From: Polyangiaceae bacterium
Lineage (GTDB): Bacteria; Myxococcota_A; Polyangia; Polyangiales; Polyangiaceae
NCBI GenBank assembly: GCA_050287085.1
Contig: JBNKBE010000008.1
Location: 64,008-128,007, forward strand
DNA length: 64,000 bases
Direction: 5' to 3'
The stretch's first letter is position 1. Every line of letters begins with the position of its first letter. Positions 50,728 through 60,707 of this stretch are shown here, in pieces. Made by a program: the position numbers and the translations under genes. The notes below the pieces were generated by a model. It had not been told where the DNA came from, made no database searches, and worked only from the letters and a program-made list of their open reading frames with translations.

Positions 50728-52872
50728 ATGTCCGGATCGCCTGCACCCACTCGCTCCTCTGCGTCGATAAGCCTCCTGATGGCCGGGGCCGTCATCGGGG
50801 CGATGGCGGGCACGATGGCGGTGGCCGGCAGCGAGGCTTCGGCTCTTCTGGGGGGACGCTTTGTGCCCGTTCTCGGCTTGTTGTGGCCGCTGTGGGCACT
50901 CGGTAGCGTGGCGGGAGCGGCTCTGGTGGGGTTGCTTTCGGCGCAACAGGCCTTGTCCTACGCGGTCCTGGCGCTCACGCCTGTGATCGGCTTGCCTACC
51001 TGGCTTGTGGCAAGCGAGCTTGCGCGGCGGGTCTTCACCGTGGGAGGGGCCTTGGGGGCGGCCGCGGCAGCCGGCCTCTATAGCGGCTGCGCGCTATGGG
51101 CCGGGATCGTGATTCAAGATCTCGCCGAACGCGCTCCGCTCTGGGCACGGCGTCCAGCGTCGTATTGGGCCCACGGGCTGCTGGCACTGGTCATGGTGGT
51201 GGGGGCGGGCGCGCTCGTCTACAGCGGCGCCCCTGAGGGCGGAGCTGGAGCGCGGAACATTGCGGGCGCGTTGCTGCGCGAGGGCGTACCGCTAGGAGAA
51301 GCTTTTCGAGGGCTCGTGATCGCGGCCTCGGGTGGCCTCGGTGCGGCGCTCTTGCGCCGCCTCGGCCGCCGACTGTGGTGGGGCGCGGCGCTGGTCGCGG
51401 GGTCCGTGGTGTTGGCGGTGGCCCAGGCGGCAAGCTCGGGCGTCGAGTTTGCGCTTTCACTGGAGGCACACCCGGGGCTCGCTTCGCGATTGTTGCGCGT
51501 GCATCAACGCCTGGCGGACGCCGATGGGGACGGTTTTGCGGCTGCGTTTGGGGGGGGCGATTGCAACGACAGCGACGCGCGCATCTTTCCTTTGGCGGTG
51601 GATGAGCCCGGCAACGGGCTGGACGAGGACTGCTCCGGAAAAGACGCCGAGCCAGCTCCGGCTCCGGACGCTGCGCCCCCGGGGGGGCGCGGGCCCAGTG
51701 CAGGCGACGAGCGCGGGCAAGGGGCGCGCGTGCGCGTGAAGAATCTGGTTTTGATAACCGTCGACACGCTGCGCTACGACCTTGGCTACATGGGGCAAAC
51801 GCGGCCGCTGAGCCCGCGCTTGGACGACTTGGCGCGTGAATCCATCGTGTATGAGCGGGCGTACGCGCTGGCTTCGTATACGGGGAAGAGCTTGCCGCCG
51901 ATGATGATCGGAAAGTACCCGAGCGAGACCCATCGCGGCTTCATGCATTTCAACAAGTACCCGGCGGAAGACGTCATGGTGCAAGAGCGCTTGCAGGCGG
52001 CTGGATTCTGGACCGCGAGCATCCAGGGGCATTGGTACTTCAAGAAGGACACGGGGCTTGGGCGCGGCTTTGACGTGCTCGATCTCAGCGCGGCGCCGCG
52101 CGTGGCCCAGGGCGAAGGGGACCGGACGGTCAACAGCGATAAGATCACCGACGCGGCTATCGCGGCCTTGCAGCATGCGCCCGAGCAACGCCCGTTCTTC
52201 GTCTGGGCCCACTATCTGGACCCCCACGCCGACTACGTACCTCACGCGGACTTCGATTTTGGTTCCGGTGGGCGGGCTCGCTATGATGGAGAAGTGGCGT
52301 TCACCGATCACCACATCGGTCGCTTGCTGGATGCTATTAGAGCCGATCCGGAACGCGCTCAATCGACTGCCATCGTCGTGACGTCGGACCACGGTGAAGC
52401 TTTTGGCGAACACGGCATGTACCGACATGGTTTCGAGGTGTGGGAAGAGCTGGTCCGGGTGCCGCTCCTGGTGCACGTGCCGGGCGTGGCCGCGCGTCGT
52501 CTCAGCGTCCGTCGCAGTGCCATTGACGTGGTTCCCACGCTGCTTGCTCTGGTTATGGAGGATCCGTCAGCAGCGCTGGCCGAGCTAAGCGGTCGGCCAC
52601 TGCAGGCGGATTGGGACGCTACGGCTCCCGAGCCGCGACCGATCCTTGTCGACATGCCCGCCGGGCCTTACAACAGCGAGCGAACGGCCTGGATTCAGGG
52701 GAGCGAAAAGCTTGTCACAACTCAAATGCGTCCACTCGGGCTCTATGACCTCGCAGCGGATCCTGGAGAGACGAACAATCTTCGGTCCGATAAGGCCCGG
52801 GTGGAGGCGGGGCTGGATGCGCTCAGGGCCTACCGCTCAGGTTTGGACCTGGTGTTTGTCAAGGCGAGGTAG
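50728..52872 (+). CDS. Membrane-anchored sulfatase/alkaline-phosphatase-superfamily enzyme with an Asp/Cys-rich metal-binding motif
   Basis: Multiple N-terminal TMs; DADGDGF..DCND..PGNGLDEDCSG; LITVDTLR, SYTGKS, DPH, SDHGE, DPGE. Confidence 0.85.
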   Translation: MSGSPAPTRSSASISLLMAGAVIGAMAGTMAVAGSEASALLGGRFVPVLGLLWPLWALGSVAGAALVGLLSAQQALSYAVLALTPVIGLPTWLVASELARRVFTVGGALGAAAAAGLYSGCALWAGIVIQDLAERAPLWARRPASYWAHGLLALVMVVGAGALVYSGAPEGGAGARNIAGALLREGVPLGEAFRGLVIAASGGLGAALLRRLGRRLWWGAALVAGSVVLAVAQAASSGVEFALSLEAHPGLASRLLRVHQRLADADGDGFAAAFGGGDCNDSDARIFPLAVDEPGNGLDEDCSGKDAEPAPAPDAAPPGGRGPSAGDERGQGARVRVKNLVLITVDTLRYDLGYMGQTRPLSPRLDDLARESIVYERAYALASYTGKSLPPMMIGKYPSETHRGFMHFNKYPAEDVMVQERLQAAGFWTASIQGHWYFKKDTGLGRGFDVLDLSAAPRVAQGEGDRTVNSDKITDAAIAALQHAPEQRPFFVWAHYLDPHADYVPHADFDFGSGGRARYDGEVAFTDHHIGRLLDAIRADPERAQSTAIVVTSDHGEAFGEHGMYRHGFEVWEELVRVPLLVHVPGVAARRLSVRRSAIDVVPTLLALVMEDPSAALAELSGRPLQADWDATAPEPRPILVDMPAGPYNSERTAWIQGSEKLVTTQMRPLGLYDLAADPGETNNLRSDKARVEAGLDALRAYRSGLDLVFVKAR

Positions 52873-53139
52873 CCGCGCTGGGTGGGTGGGCCTTGTTAGA
52901 AACTTCACGCCCTGTGGTCTCGTAGTCCACGGGTGGGTTCCGCGTCTTGGGTTGTACACCCGGCTCGCAGGCGGCTCGTATGCGAGCCGGGCCAGAGCTC
53001 CTGCTGGACGAGCACAAGTACATAGTGGACTGCGACGAGGACCCGGGTGTACGCTTCAAAGTGTAAAGCTCAGGAGCTGCGAGGGGCCGCGCCTGATGCA
53101 TGAGTTGGCACTGGCGCAACGTTTGCGCGGGAGGTCGGA

Positions 53140-53844
53140 TTGCGAGGGATCGGAGATATCGCACGTGATACGGGGCCACCTGGCTGTCGTCGGGTAAATG
53201 GAGTCCGCTCGGACAGGGAAGTGGTCCGACTCGGATCTTTGGGAAGGGAGACCCAATTGGGAAAATCAGAGCTCGATGTGTTGGACAGGCTGCGGGCCCT
53301 AGAGTGGCCGCCCGCGTTGGCCCAAGCCAACGCAAGATTGTCGTTGGAGCAAGCGTATGTGGCCGGAAAGCTCATCCGTGAGGAGGTGTACCCGGCCAAC
53401 GAAGACCTGGCGGGGAGCGCCCGCTTCACCCTGCGTCGCCTTCAGGGGTTGGTACTACCCAGAGCGAGCTTTGCCACCTTGGCTCGCTGCGTGCAGATCT
53501 ACGACGCGTGCACACGCTTGGGCATGACACCGCCTCTCAAAGGCGTGAAGGCCGGGCATCTGCTCAACATGACGCACCTCAGTCCAGCAGCTCAGCGGCA
53601 GCTGGTGCAGCGTCTGCGCGATGAGCAGTGGTCGGTTCGCGAGCTTCGCGAGACGGCCGGGCGCACCTCGGGGCGCCTGCGACTGAGCGGGCTGCGTCGA
53701 GCGCTCGCCATTCTGGGAGCCGAGACGCTCGAGGACGAGCTCGAGACACTGGCTCGGGTCGATCGCGCCCAGGCGCGCGAGCTCAAACAGAAGCTGGCGT
53801 TGGCTCGCCGCACGCTGGCGCGCCTCGAAGCCGCGTTACCCTGA
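53140..53844 (+). CDS. Hypothetical helical protein, possibly DNA-binding (YhcG-N/ParB-HTH-like)
   Basis: AGKLI...TLRRL...LARCVQIY...H...WSVRELR; start uncertain. Confidence 0.55.
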   Translation: MRGIGDIARDTGPPGCRRVNGVRSDREVVRLGSLGRETQLGKSELDVLDRLRALEWPPALAQANARLSLEQAYVAGKLIREEVYPANEDLAGSARFTLRRLQGLVLPRASFATLARCVQIYDACTRLGMTPPLKGVKAGHLLNMTHLSPAAQRQLVQRLRDEQWSVRELRETAGRTSGRLRLSGLRRALAILGAETLEDELETLARVDRAQARELKQKLALARRTLARLEAALP

Positions 53845-53888
53845 GCACCGGATGCGTGCCGACGCTGGGGAAAGCCCCGGCGTCGAGC

Positions 53889-55076
53889 TCACGGTGCCGT
53901 TTTCGGAGTCGTGGCGCGCGGCTCAACCTTGCGCAGCCGCGCCAGGGCTTTCGTCGCGGCGGTCGCTACCCGCGGGGAGGGCTGACCCGCCAGGGTGGTG
54001 AGCAAGGCCACCGTTTCAGCGTCTGGGAATTGGCGGCCGAGTTGGCTCAGGCAGACGGCCCGAGCGCTCTCAGCGACCTCGCGGTCGGACGCGACTTGAG
54101 TCAGCAGCCTTCGAAGCCGTTCGCATTGCGCGACGGTTCCGGTGGCGCTGGGCCCGTGGCACAGGCCGTCCACGGCGCTCGCGAAGCCCTCCGCGACCGC
54201 CTTGCTCTTGTACCGCCGGGCCAGATCGGTCAACACGACGTCAACGCCCGCCGCGCCGCAGCCCACCGCCACGCGAGCGAGCCTGAGCGCCACCAGGGGG
54301 CGAGGGTCGGCGATGTGGCTCAGGGCGAGGGCACAAGCTGGGCTCCCGGCGGCGCGTTCCGCTGCGGGCAGTTGCTGCAGATTGTTGACCCCCGCTGCAG
54401 CGACGTGGGCGTCGGGATCGTCGAGCAGCTCGGTCACCTTGGCCAAGGTCTTGGGGCCTCCCTCGACCGCTAGTTTGGAGTAGCCCGAAGCTCGCTGATG
54501 GCGGTCCAGCCGGTCGAGCATCGCGTACAGTTCGGCTTCAACACCTGCGGCCATGGCTGCGTGAACGCTGAGCGGAATTGCGGCGCTCACAATGGGCTTG
54601 GGCAGTGCGGGGACAATGGCGATGAGCCTTTTGGCCAGGGCTTTCTCAACCACGCCCCGGCCTGCGCCGAAGCCCTCCCGGAACGCGCCGTAAGCCACGC
54701 GCGCCGCGACGATCCGAAGCTTCGGATCGCTTGATTCGAGGGCGTTGACAAGGGCCGGTAGAGTCGTGCTCAGCGCTTCTCCGGACTGCACGCGCCGTAT
54801 CAAGCGGCGGTAGTTGTCGTTCTCGCAGCTCTTGATCAAACCGTGGCGCTCGTTGAAACGGCAGTGCGTGATCAGATCGGCCAGCGCCACCGAAAACGGG
54901 CTGCTGTCGGTGGTGTCGGCGGCCGCCGAAGGCGCCGAGGGCGTGGCAGGGCTGGAGCTGGCGCTGGGGGTGCTGCGCTCCGCGGTGCGGCAGCCTGCGC
55001 ATGGCAATAGGGAGAGCCAGATAAACCCAAAGACGCGGGCCCGACTTCGGGCACGAGCGAGGGAAGCTCGTAACAT
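53889..55076 (-). CDS. HEAT-repeat putative lipoprotein
   Basis: CAGC lipobox-like; repeats ALESSDPKLR, LLDDPDAHV, ADPRPLV, QPSPRVATAATKAL. Confidence 0.7.
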   Translation of the reverse strand: MLRASLARARSRARVFGFIWLSLLPCAGCRTAERSTPSASSSPATPSAPSAAADTTDSSPFSVALADLITHCRFNERHGLIKSCENDNYRRLIRRVQSGEALSTTLPALVNALESSDPKLRIVAARVAYGAFREGFGAGRGVVEKALAKRLIAIVPALPKPIVSAAIPLSVHAAMAAGVEAELYAMLDRLDRHQRASGYSKLAVEGGPKTLAKVTELLDDPDAHVAAAGVNNLQQLPAAERAAGSPACALALSHIADPRPLVALRLARVAVGCGAAGVDVVLTDLARRYKSKAVAEGFASAVDGLCHGPSATGTVAQCERLRRLLTQVASDREVAESARAVCLSQLGRQFPDAETVALLTTLAGQPSPRVATAATKALARLRKVEPRATTPKTAP

Positions 55077-55138
55077 GTTGTGCCGGATAGCTGCGCCCGG
55101 GACCTTTGGCAAGGGGCTCCGCAGGGGGGCATGGGCCG

Positions 55139-55200
55139 CGTCAGACCCTGACGCCAGACCCCGACGTCAGACCCCGACGTCAGACCCCGACGCCAGACCG
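55139..55200. repeat. About 4.7 x 13-bp tandem repeat between divergent genes
   Basis: cgtcagaccctga/cgccagaccccga/cgtcagaccccga/cgtcagaccccga/cgccagaccg. Confidence 0.92.
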
Positions 55201-55239
55201 TGGCTTGCCCAACTGAGGCTGTGCTAGGCTCGCGGCGCG

Positions 55240-56295
55240 ATGACTTGGAAGACCGACGATGTCCGCATCCGCAACTTGCGCCCGCTGCTGCCCCCGGCGG
55301 TATTGATGGAGGAGCTGCCGCTTTCAGCCGAGCACGCCGAGTTCGTGTCCGAGCAACGCCGTCAGATCGCCGCGGTGGTCGCAGGGGAGGACGAGCGGCT
55401 GCTGGTGGTGGTGGGGCCTTGTTCAGTCCACGATCCAAAAGCCGCTCTCGAGTACGCGCGAAAGCTCAAGCCCGTGGCGGATCAAACCCGCGACGATCTG
55501 CTGATCGTCATGCGAACGTACTTCGAAAAGCCACGCACCACCGTGGGGTGGAAAGGCCTCATCAACGATCCGCATCTCGACGGCTCGTTTGCCATCAATC
55601 ACGGACTCCGCTTGGCGCGAGAGCTGTTGCGCGACATCATCACTCTCGGGTTGGCGCCTGCCACCGAGTTCTTGGATCCTATCAGTCCTCAGTTTGTGGC
55701 TGATCTAGTGTGCTGGGGCGCGATCGGCGCGAGGACTTCCGAGAGCCAGGTCCATCGCGAACTAGCAAGCGGGTTGTCCATGCCGGTTGGTTTCAAGAAC
55801 GGCACTGGAGGTTCCATCGATATTGCGGTGGATGCGATCCGTTCCAGTCGTCACTCCCATCACTTCCTCTCGGTGAGCAAGGAGGGTTTGGCCGCTATCG
55901 TTGAGACCCAAGGCAATCCGAGCACTCACCTCATCTTGCGAGGCGGCGGGGGACGCCCGAATCACGATTCGGAGAGCGTCGCCCACGCCGTAGCAAAGCT
56001 GACAGCGGCGGGACTCCCAGCCGGCCTGATGGTCGATTGCAGCCACGCCAACAGCGGCAAAGTGCCAGAACGACAACCGGAGGTTGCCGGCGAACTCGCC
56101 GAGCGGATCGAAGCTGGAGATCGCGCCTTGATGGGCGTGATGCTGGAGAGCTTTCTGCTTGGGGGCAGTCAAACAGTGGACCCACGCAGGCCGCTGGTAT
56201 TTGGTCAGAGCATCACCGACGCTTGTCTCGGTTGGGAGCAAACTGTCCCGGTTCTTGAGCGTCTGGCGTTGGCGGCGCGGAAGCGCCGCGGCTGA
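55240..56295 (+). CDS. aroG: Class I-alpha DAHP synthase
   Basis: GPCSVHD, YFEKPRTTVGWKG, IGART, DCSHANS, SITDAC; isoenzyme (aroF/G/H) not resolvable. Confidence 0.93.
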   Translation: MTWKTDDVRIRNLRPLLPPAVLMEELPLSAEHAEFVSEQRRQIAAVVAGEDERLLVVVGPCSVHDPKAALEYARKLKPVADQTRDDLLIVMRTYFEKPRTTVGWKGLINDPHLDGSFAINHGLRLARELLRDIITLGLAPATEFLDPISPQFVADLVCWGAIGARTSESQVHRELASGLSMPVGFKNGTGGSIDIAVDAIRSSRHSHHFLSVSKEGLAAIVETQGNPSTHLILRGGGGRPNHDSESVAHAVAKLTAAGLPAGLMVDCSHANSGKVPERQPEVAGELAERIEAGDRALMGVMLESFLLGGSQTVDPRRPLVFGQSITDACLGWEQTVPVLERLALAARKRRG

Positions 56296-56342
56296 CGCGG
56301 AAGCCAGGCGCCGCCGACTCCGCCAGGGAGTAGCTACCGCCG

Positions 56343-57047
56343 TCACTCCTCCAGAGAGCGGTTGTAGATAAGCATGTCCACGAGGGCCCCGCAGCTGGTG
56401 CTGTAGGCCTCCACCCATGCCTTGCAGTCGGCGCTCCAGCAGTCCTCCTCCTGGTAGCGGCTCAGGTCGCGACAGCCAAGATCCGCGAGGTAACCCGCCA
56501 GACCCTCGCTGGCAGCGAGACAGACCTCTCGGTGGGTCGGACTGAGATAAGCGACTACGGCTTGCACATCGGACGGACTCGGGGCCCAGCACGCGTCGTC
56601 CTTCCGGTCGCAGGCGATGAGGTGCTCGCAATGCTCCAGGCTCGAGAAACTGTCGATCAGGGCGTGGGTGATGCCGCAGGTCCCCCCGGGGCTCGGGTCG
56701 AGGCCTGCGTCCGGGTCTCGAACGGCCGACGGCCCAGCATCCGCTCGCGCGTCTGCGGAGCGCGCGCTACCGGCGTCGCGCCCTGCCGCCCTGGCGTTGG
56801 TCGGCACGTAGCTCTTGGTGCAATCGTCTGACGCTGCGTAGGGTTGCTGCTCGCGCTCCGGACCCTGATGGCTGCAGCAGACGAGCCAGAGCGCGCTCGG
56901 AATCCAGCACCAGGACCCAAATCGCCAGCGCGGCGGCGTTTGATGGGATTTGAGACGGGCTGCGAATGTCAGGGCATGCGCGGATGGGCGTGGTGGCATC
57001 GGCAAGGGAAGGGGGGCCGTTTTGGACGAAGGCGGGGATGCGTTCAC
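56343..57047 (-). CDS. Hypothetical Cys-rich exported protein
   Basis: Hydrophobic segment ending in CC, DAG-rich linker, Cys-rich C-terminal domain; start uncertain. Confidence 0.6.
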   Translation of the reverse strand: MNASPPSSKTAPLPLPMPPRPSAHALTFAARLKSHQTPPRWRFGSWCWIPSALWLVCCSHQGPEREQQPYAASDDCTKSYVPTNARAAGRDAGSARSADARADAGPSAVRDPDAGLDPSPGGTCGITHALIDSFSSLEHCEHLIACDRKDDACWAPSPSDVQAVVAYLSPTHREVCLAASEGLAGYLADLGCRDLSRYQEEDCWSADCKAWVEAYSTSCGALVDMLIYNRSLEE

Positions 57048-57134
57048 AGCCGGGACTTACCATGTCGTCGTCGAATGCGCGTCATCAGCTGCAGCGGCGC
57101 GTTAGCACTCTCTATTTGGAACGCGGTATTGCGA

Positions 57135-57161
57135 TTGACAGCACAACAATTTTCCGACTAT
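57135..57161 (+). promoter_or_regulatory. Possible sigma-70 promoter of the EF-G gene
   Basis: Perfect TTGACA at 57135 in an AT-richer patch; the -10 match is weak. Confidence 0.3.
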
Positions 57162-57272
57162 CCGGCTGTGCCAAACGGCGCCCGCTTTGGGCGGAAGGCG
57201 GCCGCGCCAGATCTTGGAGCCACAGGGCTTCCAGCGCTTCGCGGCGGTGGCACAGAACGGATCCCAATCGTC

Positions 57273-59360
57273 ATGACTGACCTCAGCAAGTATCGAAACA
57301 TCGGCATCTTCGCGCATGTAGACGCGGGCAAGACCACCACCACCGAGCGCATCCTCAAGCTCACCGGCAAGATCCACAAGATCGGCGAGGTGCATGATGG
57401 CGCGGCGACCACCGACTTCATGGAGCAGGAGCAGGAGCGCGGCATCACCATCCAGTCCGCCGCCACGACGTGCTTCTGGAAGGAACACCGCTTCAACATC
57501 ATCGACACCCCCGGCCACGTCGACTTCACCATCGAGGTCTACCGCTCGCTGAAGGTGTTGGACGGAGGCATTGGCGTGTTCTGCGGCTCTGGCGGCGTTG
57601 AGCCCCAGTCGGAGACGAACTGGCGTTATGCTAACGACAGCGGCGTTGCACGCATCATCTACGTAAACAAGCTCGATCGTCTCGGGGCGGACTTCTACCG
57701 CGTAGTCAAGCAGGTCAAGGACGTGCTGGCAGCCAAGCCTTTGGTCATGGTGCTGCCCATCGGCACCGAGAGCGAGTTTGTTGGCGTGGTGGACCTGCTG
57801 ACACGCAAGTCCTACGTTTGGGACGACTCGGGTCGGCCTGAGAACTTCACCGTGGGTGAGGTTCCCGCGGACATGGTCGACGACGTGGAAAAGTTTCGCG
57901 CCGAGCTGATCGAGACGGCGGTTGAACAGGACGACGACCTGATGGCCGCTTACCTCGAAGGCCAAGAGCCAAGCGTCGAGGACATCAAGCGCTGCATTCG
58001 CACGGGCACCATCAAGCTCGTGTTCTTTCCCACGTACTGCGGTTCGTCTTTCAAGAACAAAGGTGTTCAGCTGGTGTTGGACGCCGTGGTGGACTACCTG
58101 CCCGATCCGACCGAGGTCGATCCGCAGCCGGAAGTCGATCTGGAAGGGAACGAGACGGGCAAGTTTGCCAAGGTGGATCCCGCCGAGCCATTCCGCGCGC
58201 TCGCGTTCAAGATCATGGATGACCGCTTTGGTAGTTTGACCTTCACGCGCATCTACTCTGGGCGTATTGCCAAGGGGGATACGGTGCTCAATACCGCGAC
58301 GGGCAAGACCGAGCGTATCGGTCGCATGGTGGAGATGCACGCCAACGATCGCACTATGGTCGAGTCGGCCCAGGCTGGGGACATTGTGGCCATCGTGGGG
58401 CTCAAGAACGTACGCACCGGCCACACGCTGTGCGACGAAAAGAATCCGGCCACCCTCGAGCCGATGGTGTTCCCCGATCCAGTCATTTCTGTATCGATTA
58501 CCCCGAAGGATAAGGCCAACAGCGAGAAGCTCAGCACCGCGCTTGGCAAGATGGTGGCCGAAGATCCTTCGTTTCACGTGGAGGTCGATCAGGAATCGGG
58601 CGAGACCATTCTCAAGGGTATGGGCGAGCTCCACCTCGACATCAAGGTGGACATCCTCAAGCGTACCCACGGCGTTGAAGCCACGGTGGGCACGCCGCGA
58701 GTGGCCTACCGCGAGACGATCACCAAGGTTGTCAGTGACAGCTACACCCACAAGAAGCAGACGGGTGGTTCTGGTCAATACGCGAAGATCGACTACACCA
58801 TCGAGCCGCTCGAGTCGGGCTCCGGATTTGTCTTCGAGTCATCGGTCGTCGGTGGCAACGTACCGAAGGAATTCGTGCCCGCCGTTGAGAAGGGCTTCAA
58901 GGTGATGATGGAGAAGGGACCGCTGGTTGGATTCCCCTTGCTTGATGTCAAGGTGACGCTCACCGACGGTGGCTTCCACGCTGTTGACTCTTCTCAGATG
59001 GCCTTCGAGGTTGCGGCCAAGGCGGCCTATCGCCAGACCACGCCGAAGTGCGCTCCGCAGCTGCTGGAGCCCATTATGAAGGTTGACGTCTTCGTTCCGG
59101 ACGCGAACGTGGGCGACGTGATCGGCGACTTGAATCGTCGCCGCGGCATGATCAAGACGCAGGAGCCGACTCCGACGGCGGTTCGCATCAAGGCGGACGT
59201 GCCGCTGGGGGAAATGTTCGGATACATCGGGGATCTGCGCTCCAATACGGCGGGTCGTGGTCAGTTCTCGATGGAGTTCTCCCACTACGCGTCGGTGCCC
59301 AATAGCGTGCTTGAAAAGGTCCGCGAAGAGGTTGCCGCGCGCGAAGCAGCGAAGAAGTAG
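57273..59360 (+). CDS. fusA: Elongation factor G (stand-alone paralogue)
   Basis: [46 protein letters not shown]. Confidence 0.97.
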   Translation: MTDLSKYRNIGIFAHVDAGKTTTTERILKLTGKIHKIGEVHDGAATTDFMEQEQERGITIQSAATTCFWKEHRFNIIDTPGHVDFTIEVYRSLKVLDGGIGVFCGSGGVEPQSETNWRYANDSGVARIIYVNKLDRLGADFYRVVKQVKDVLAAKPLVMVLPIGTESEFVGVVDLLTRKSYVWDDSGRPENFTVGEVPADMVDDVEKFRAELIETAVEQDDDLMAAYLEGQEPSVEDIKRCIRTGTIKLVFFPTYCGSSFKNKGVQLVLDAVVDYLPDPTEVDPQPEVDLEGNETGKFAKVDPAEPFRALAFKIMDDRFGSLTFTRIYSGRIAKGDTVLNTATGKTERIGRMVEMHANDRTMVESAQAGDIVAIVGLKNVRTGHTLCDEKNPATLEPMVFPDPVISVSITPKDKANSEKLSTALGKMVAEDPSFHVEVDQESGETILKGMGELHLDIKVDILKRTHGVEATVGTPRVAYRETITKVVSDSYTHKKQTGGSGQYAKIDYTIEPLESGSGFVFESSVVGGNVPKEFVPAVEKGFKVMMEKGPLVGFPLLDVKVTLTDGGFHAVDSSQMAFEVAAKAAYRQTTPKCAPQLLEPIMKVDVFVPDANVGDVIGDLNRRRGMIKTQEPTPTAVRIKADVPLGEMFGYIGDLRSNTAGRGQFSMEFSHYASVPNSVLEKVREEVAAREAAKK

Positions 59361-59374
59361 GCGAGCCCTTCATG

Positions 59375-59414
59375 GGCAGGAGCGGGGCGTCGTGCGGCGC
59401 CCCGTTCGCCTTTT
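59375..59414 (+). terminator. Intrinsic terminator after fusA
   Basis: gagcggggcgtc gtgc ggcgccccgttc then gcctttt. Confidence 0.75.
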
Positions 59415-59463
59415 GTGTGCTTCGAGTGTGGGGCCTCTGGCATCAAAGGCTCGACACCCTTTC

Positions 59464-60591
59464 TCAGGGGGTCTGTGGTGTAGCGTTTGCTTCAGCGGGC
59501 TCGGGCTCAAGCAGCCGTTGGAAGACTGCCCCCGCCAGGGGCGCCGCTGATTGTGAGGAGGGTGCTGCCCCCAAGGCGACCACCGCCACCACCACTTCAG
59601 GGCGCGAGGCGGGAGCCCATCCGACGAACCAGGCGTTTTGGGTGCTCTCGCTGTCGGGTAGGGCAAACGCGCCACTTTCGGCAGTGCCCGTCTTGCCCGC
59701 CAGGTCCAGATGGGGGACCGCCGCGGCGCGGCCCGTGCCGTCTTCGCCAGCGACTACCCGGCGCAGACCTTGTAGGATCGGACCGTAGGCGGCAGGTGCG
59801 CCGGGGCTGGTCAAACGCGTCCCTAGTTGCCAATAGGCCTGAGCCAGTTCGGAGAGGGAGACATGGAGTGGCCCGTGGCCGGTGCCCACGAGGGGAGCCC
59901 AGACTCGGTCGCTATAGTCGCGTTTACCTTGCAGCGTTGCAAAGGGCTGGAGGTTGGGCGGGCTGCCGCTTTCGTTCGAGAACCCATACGCGTTCAGACC
60001 GGTTTGCAGCTTCTCATAGCCGAGCAGATCTGCCACGCGGTAGAAGAAGGCGTTGCAGGACACTTCGAGCGCGTGAGGGAGGTCGAGCGGGCCGTGGGCC
60101 GCGAAGCATTGTAGACCTTCTGCGTACCGTCCCCGGCAGTGGTAGGGCTCGTCCATCGCTACGTGGTTGTCGGCTGCGATGGTGGCGAGTATTGGCTTGA
60201 GCGTTGAGCCGGGGCGCATGCGCGCGTCAGGGCTTGCGCCGCCGAGGCCGACGCGCGCCCGCACGACGCCGCGTATGATGACCACCGCAGCTACGGGAAA
60301 GTGTCGGGTCACCTCGGATGCGAGAAGGGCCTGCTGGATCCGATGCGCCAGCGTATCGCCGGAGGCGTGACTCCAGTCGGGAAAAAGCAAGGAAGCGACG
60401 CCGGACTGGCCTGGAGGGGGCGTAGCCATGAGCGACCAGGGTTCCTGGGCGCTTGCGGGAGCCAGGCCTCGGGGCGCTGAGGCGTGGGCAGCGGACTCGG
60501 CATCGGGAATCGCTGCGGCTCGGGGGGCCGGCGCACTGTTGCAGCCCGTGCAGAGCGCACAAGCGAGGATCCAGCTGAGGGCGTGACGCAT
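59464..60591 (-). CDS. Penicillin-binding transpeptidase-domain-only lipoprotein
   Basis: CTGC lipobox; PGSTLK (SxxK), SCN, AGKTGT, NAWFVGWAP. Confidence 0.85.
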   Translation of the reverse strand: MRHALSWILACALCTGCNSAPAPRAAAIPDAESAAHASAPRGLAPASAQEPWSLMATPPPGQSGVASLLFPDWSHASGDTLAHRIQQALLASEVTRHFPVAAVVIIRGVVRARVGLGGASPDARMRPGSTLKPILATIAADNHVAMDEPYHCRGRYAEGLQCFAAHGPLDLPHALEVSCNAFFYRVADLLGYEKLQTGLNAYGFSNESGSPPNLQPFATLQGKRDYSDRVWAPLVGTGHGPLHVSLSELAQAYWQLGTRLTSPGAPAAYGPILQGLRRVVAGEDGTGRAAAVPHLDLAGKTGTAESGAFALPDSESTQNAWFVGWAPASRPEVVVAVVALGAAPSSQSAAPLAGAVFQRLLEPEPAEANATPQTP

Positions 60592-60707
60592 GTCGGCCAC
60601 CGTACAGGAAGGCCAGGGTGCGGGCAAAGCAGGCCAGTGGGACACCGCAATGCGCCGGCGAGCGCGACGGCGTTTCCTTCAGGGTCAGGTGGGGCTATGC
60701 TGTCGCC

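Noticed and set aside
56844..57272. 143-aa N-terminal extension of EF-G
   Set aside because: Overlaps the divergent gene; the recognisable EF-G start is at 57273.
57102..58778. 558-aa minus-strand ORF
   Set aside because: Antisense to fusA; typical high-GC shadow ORF with no motifs.
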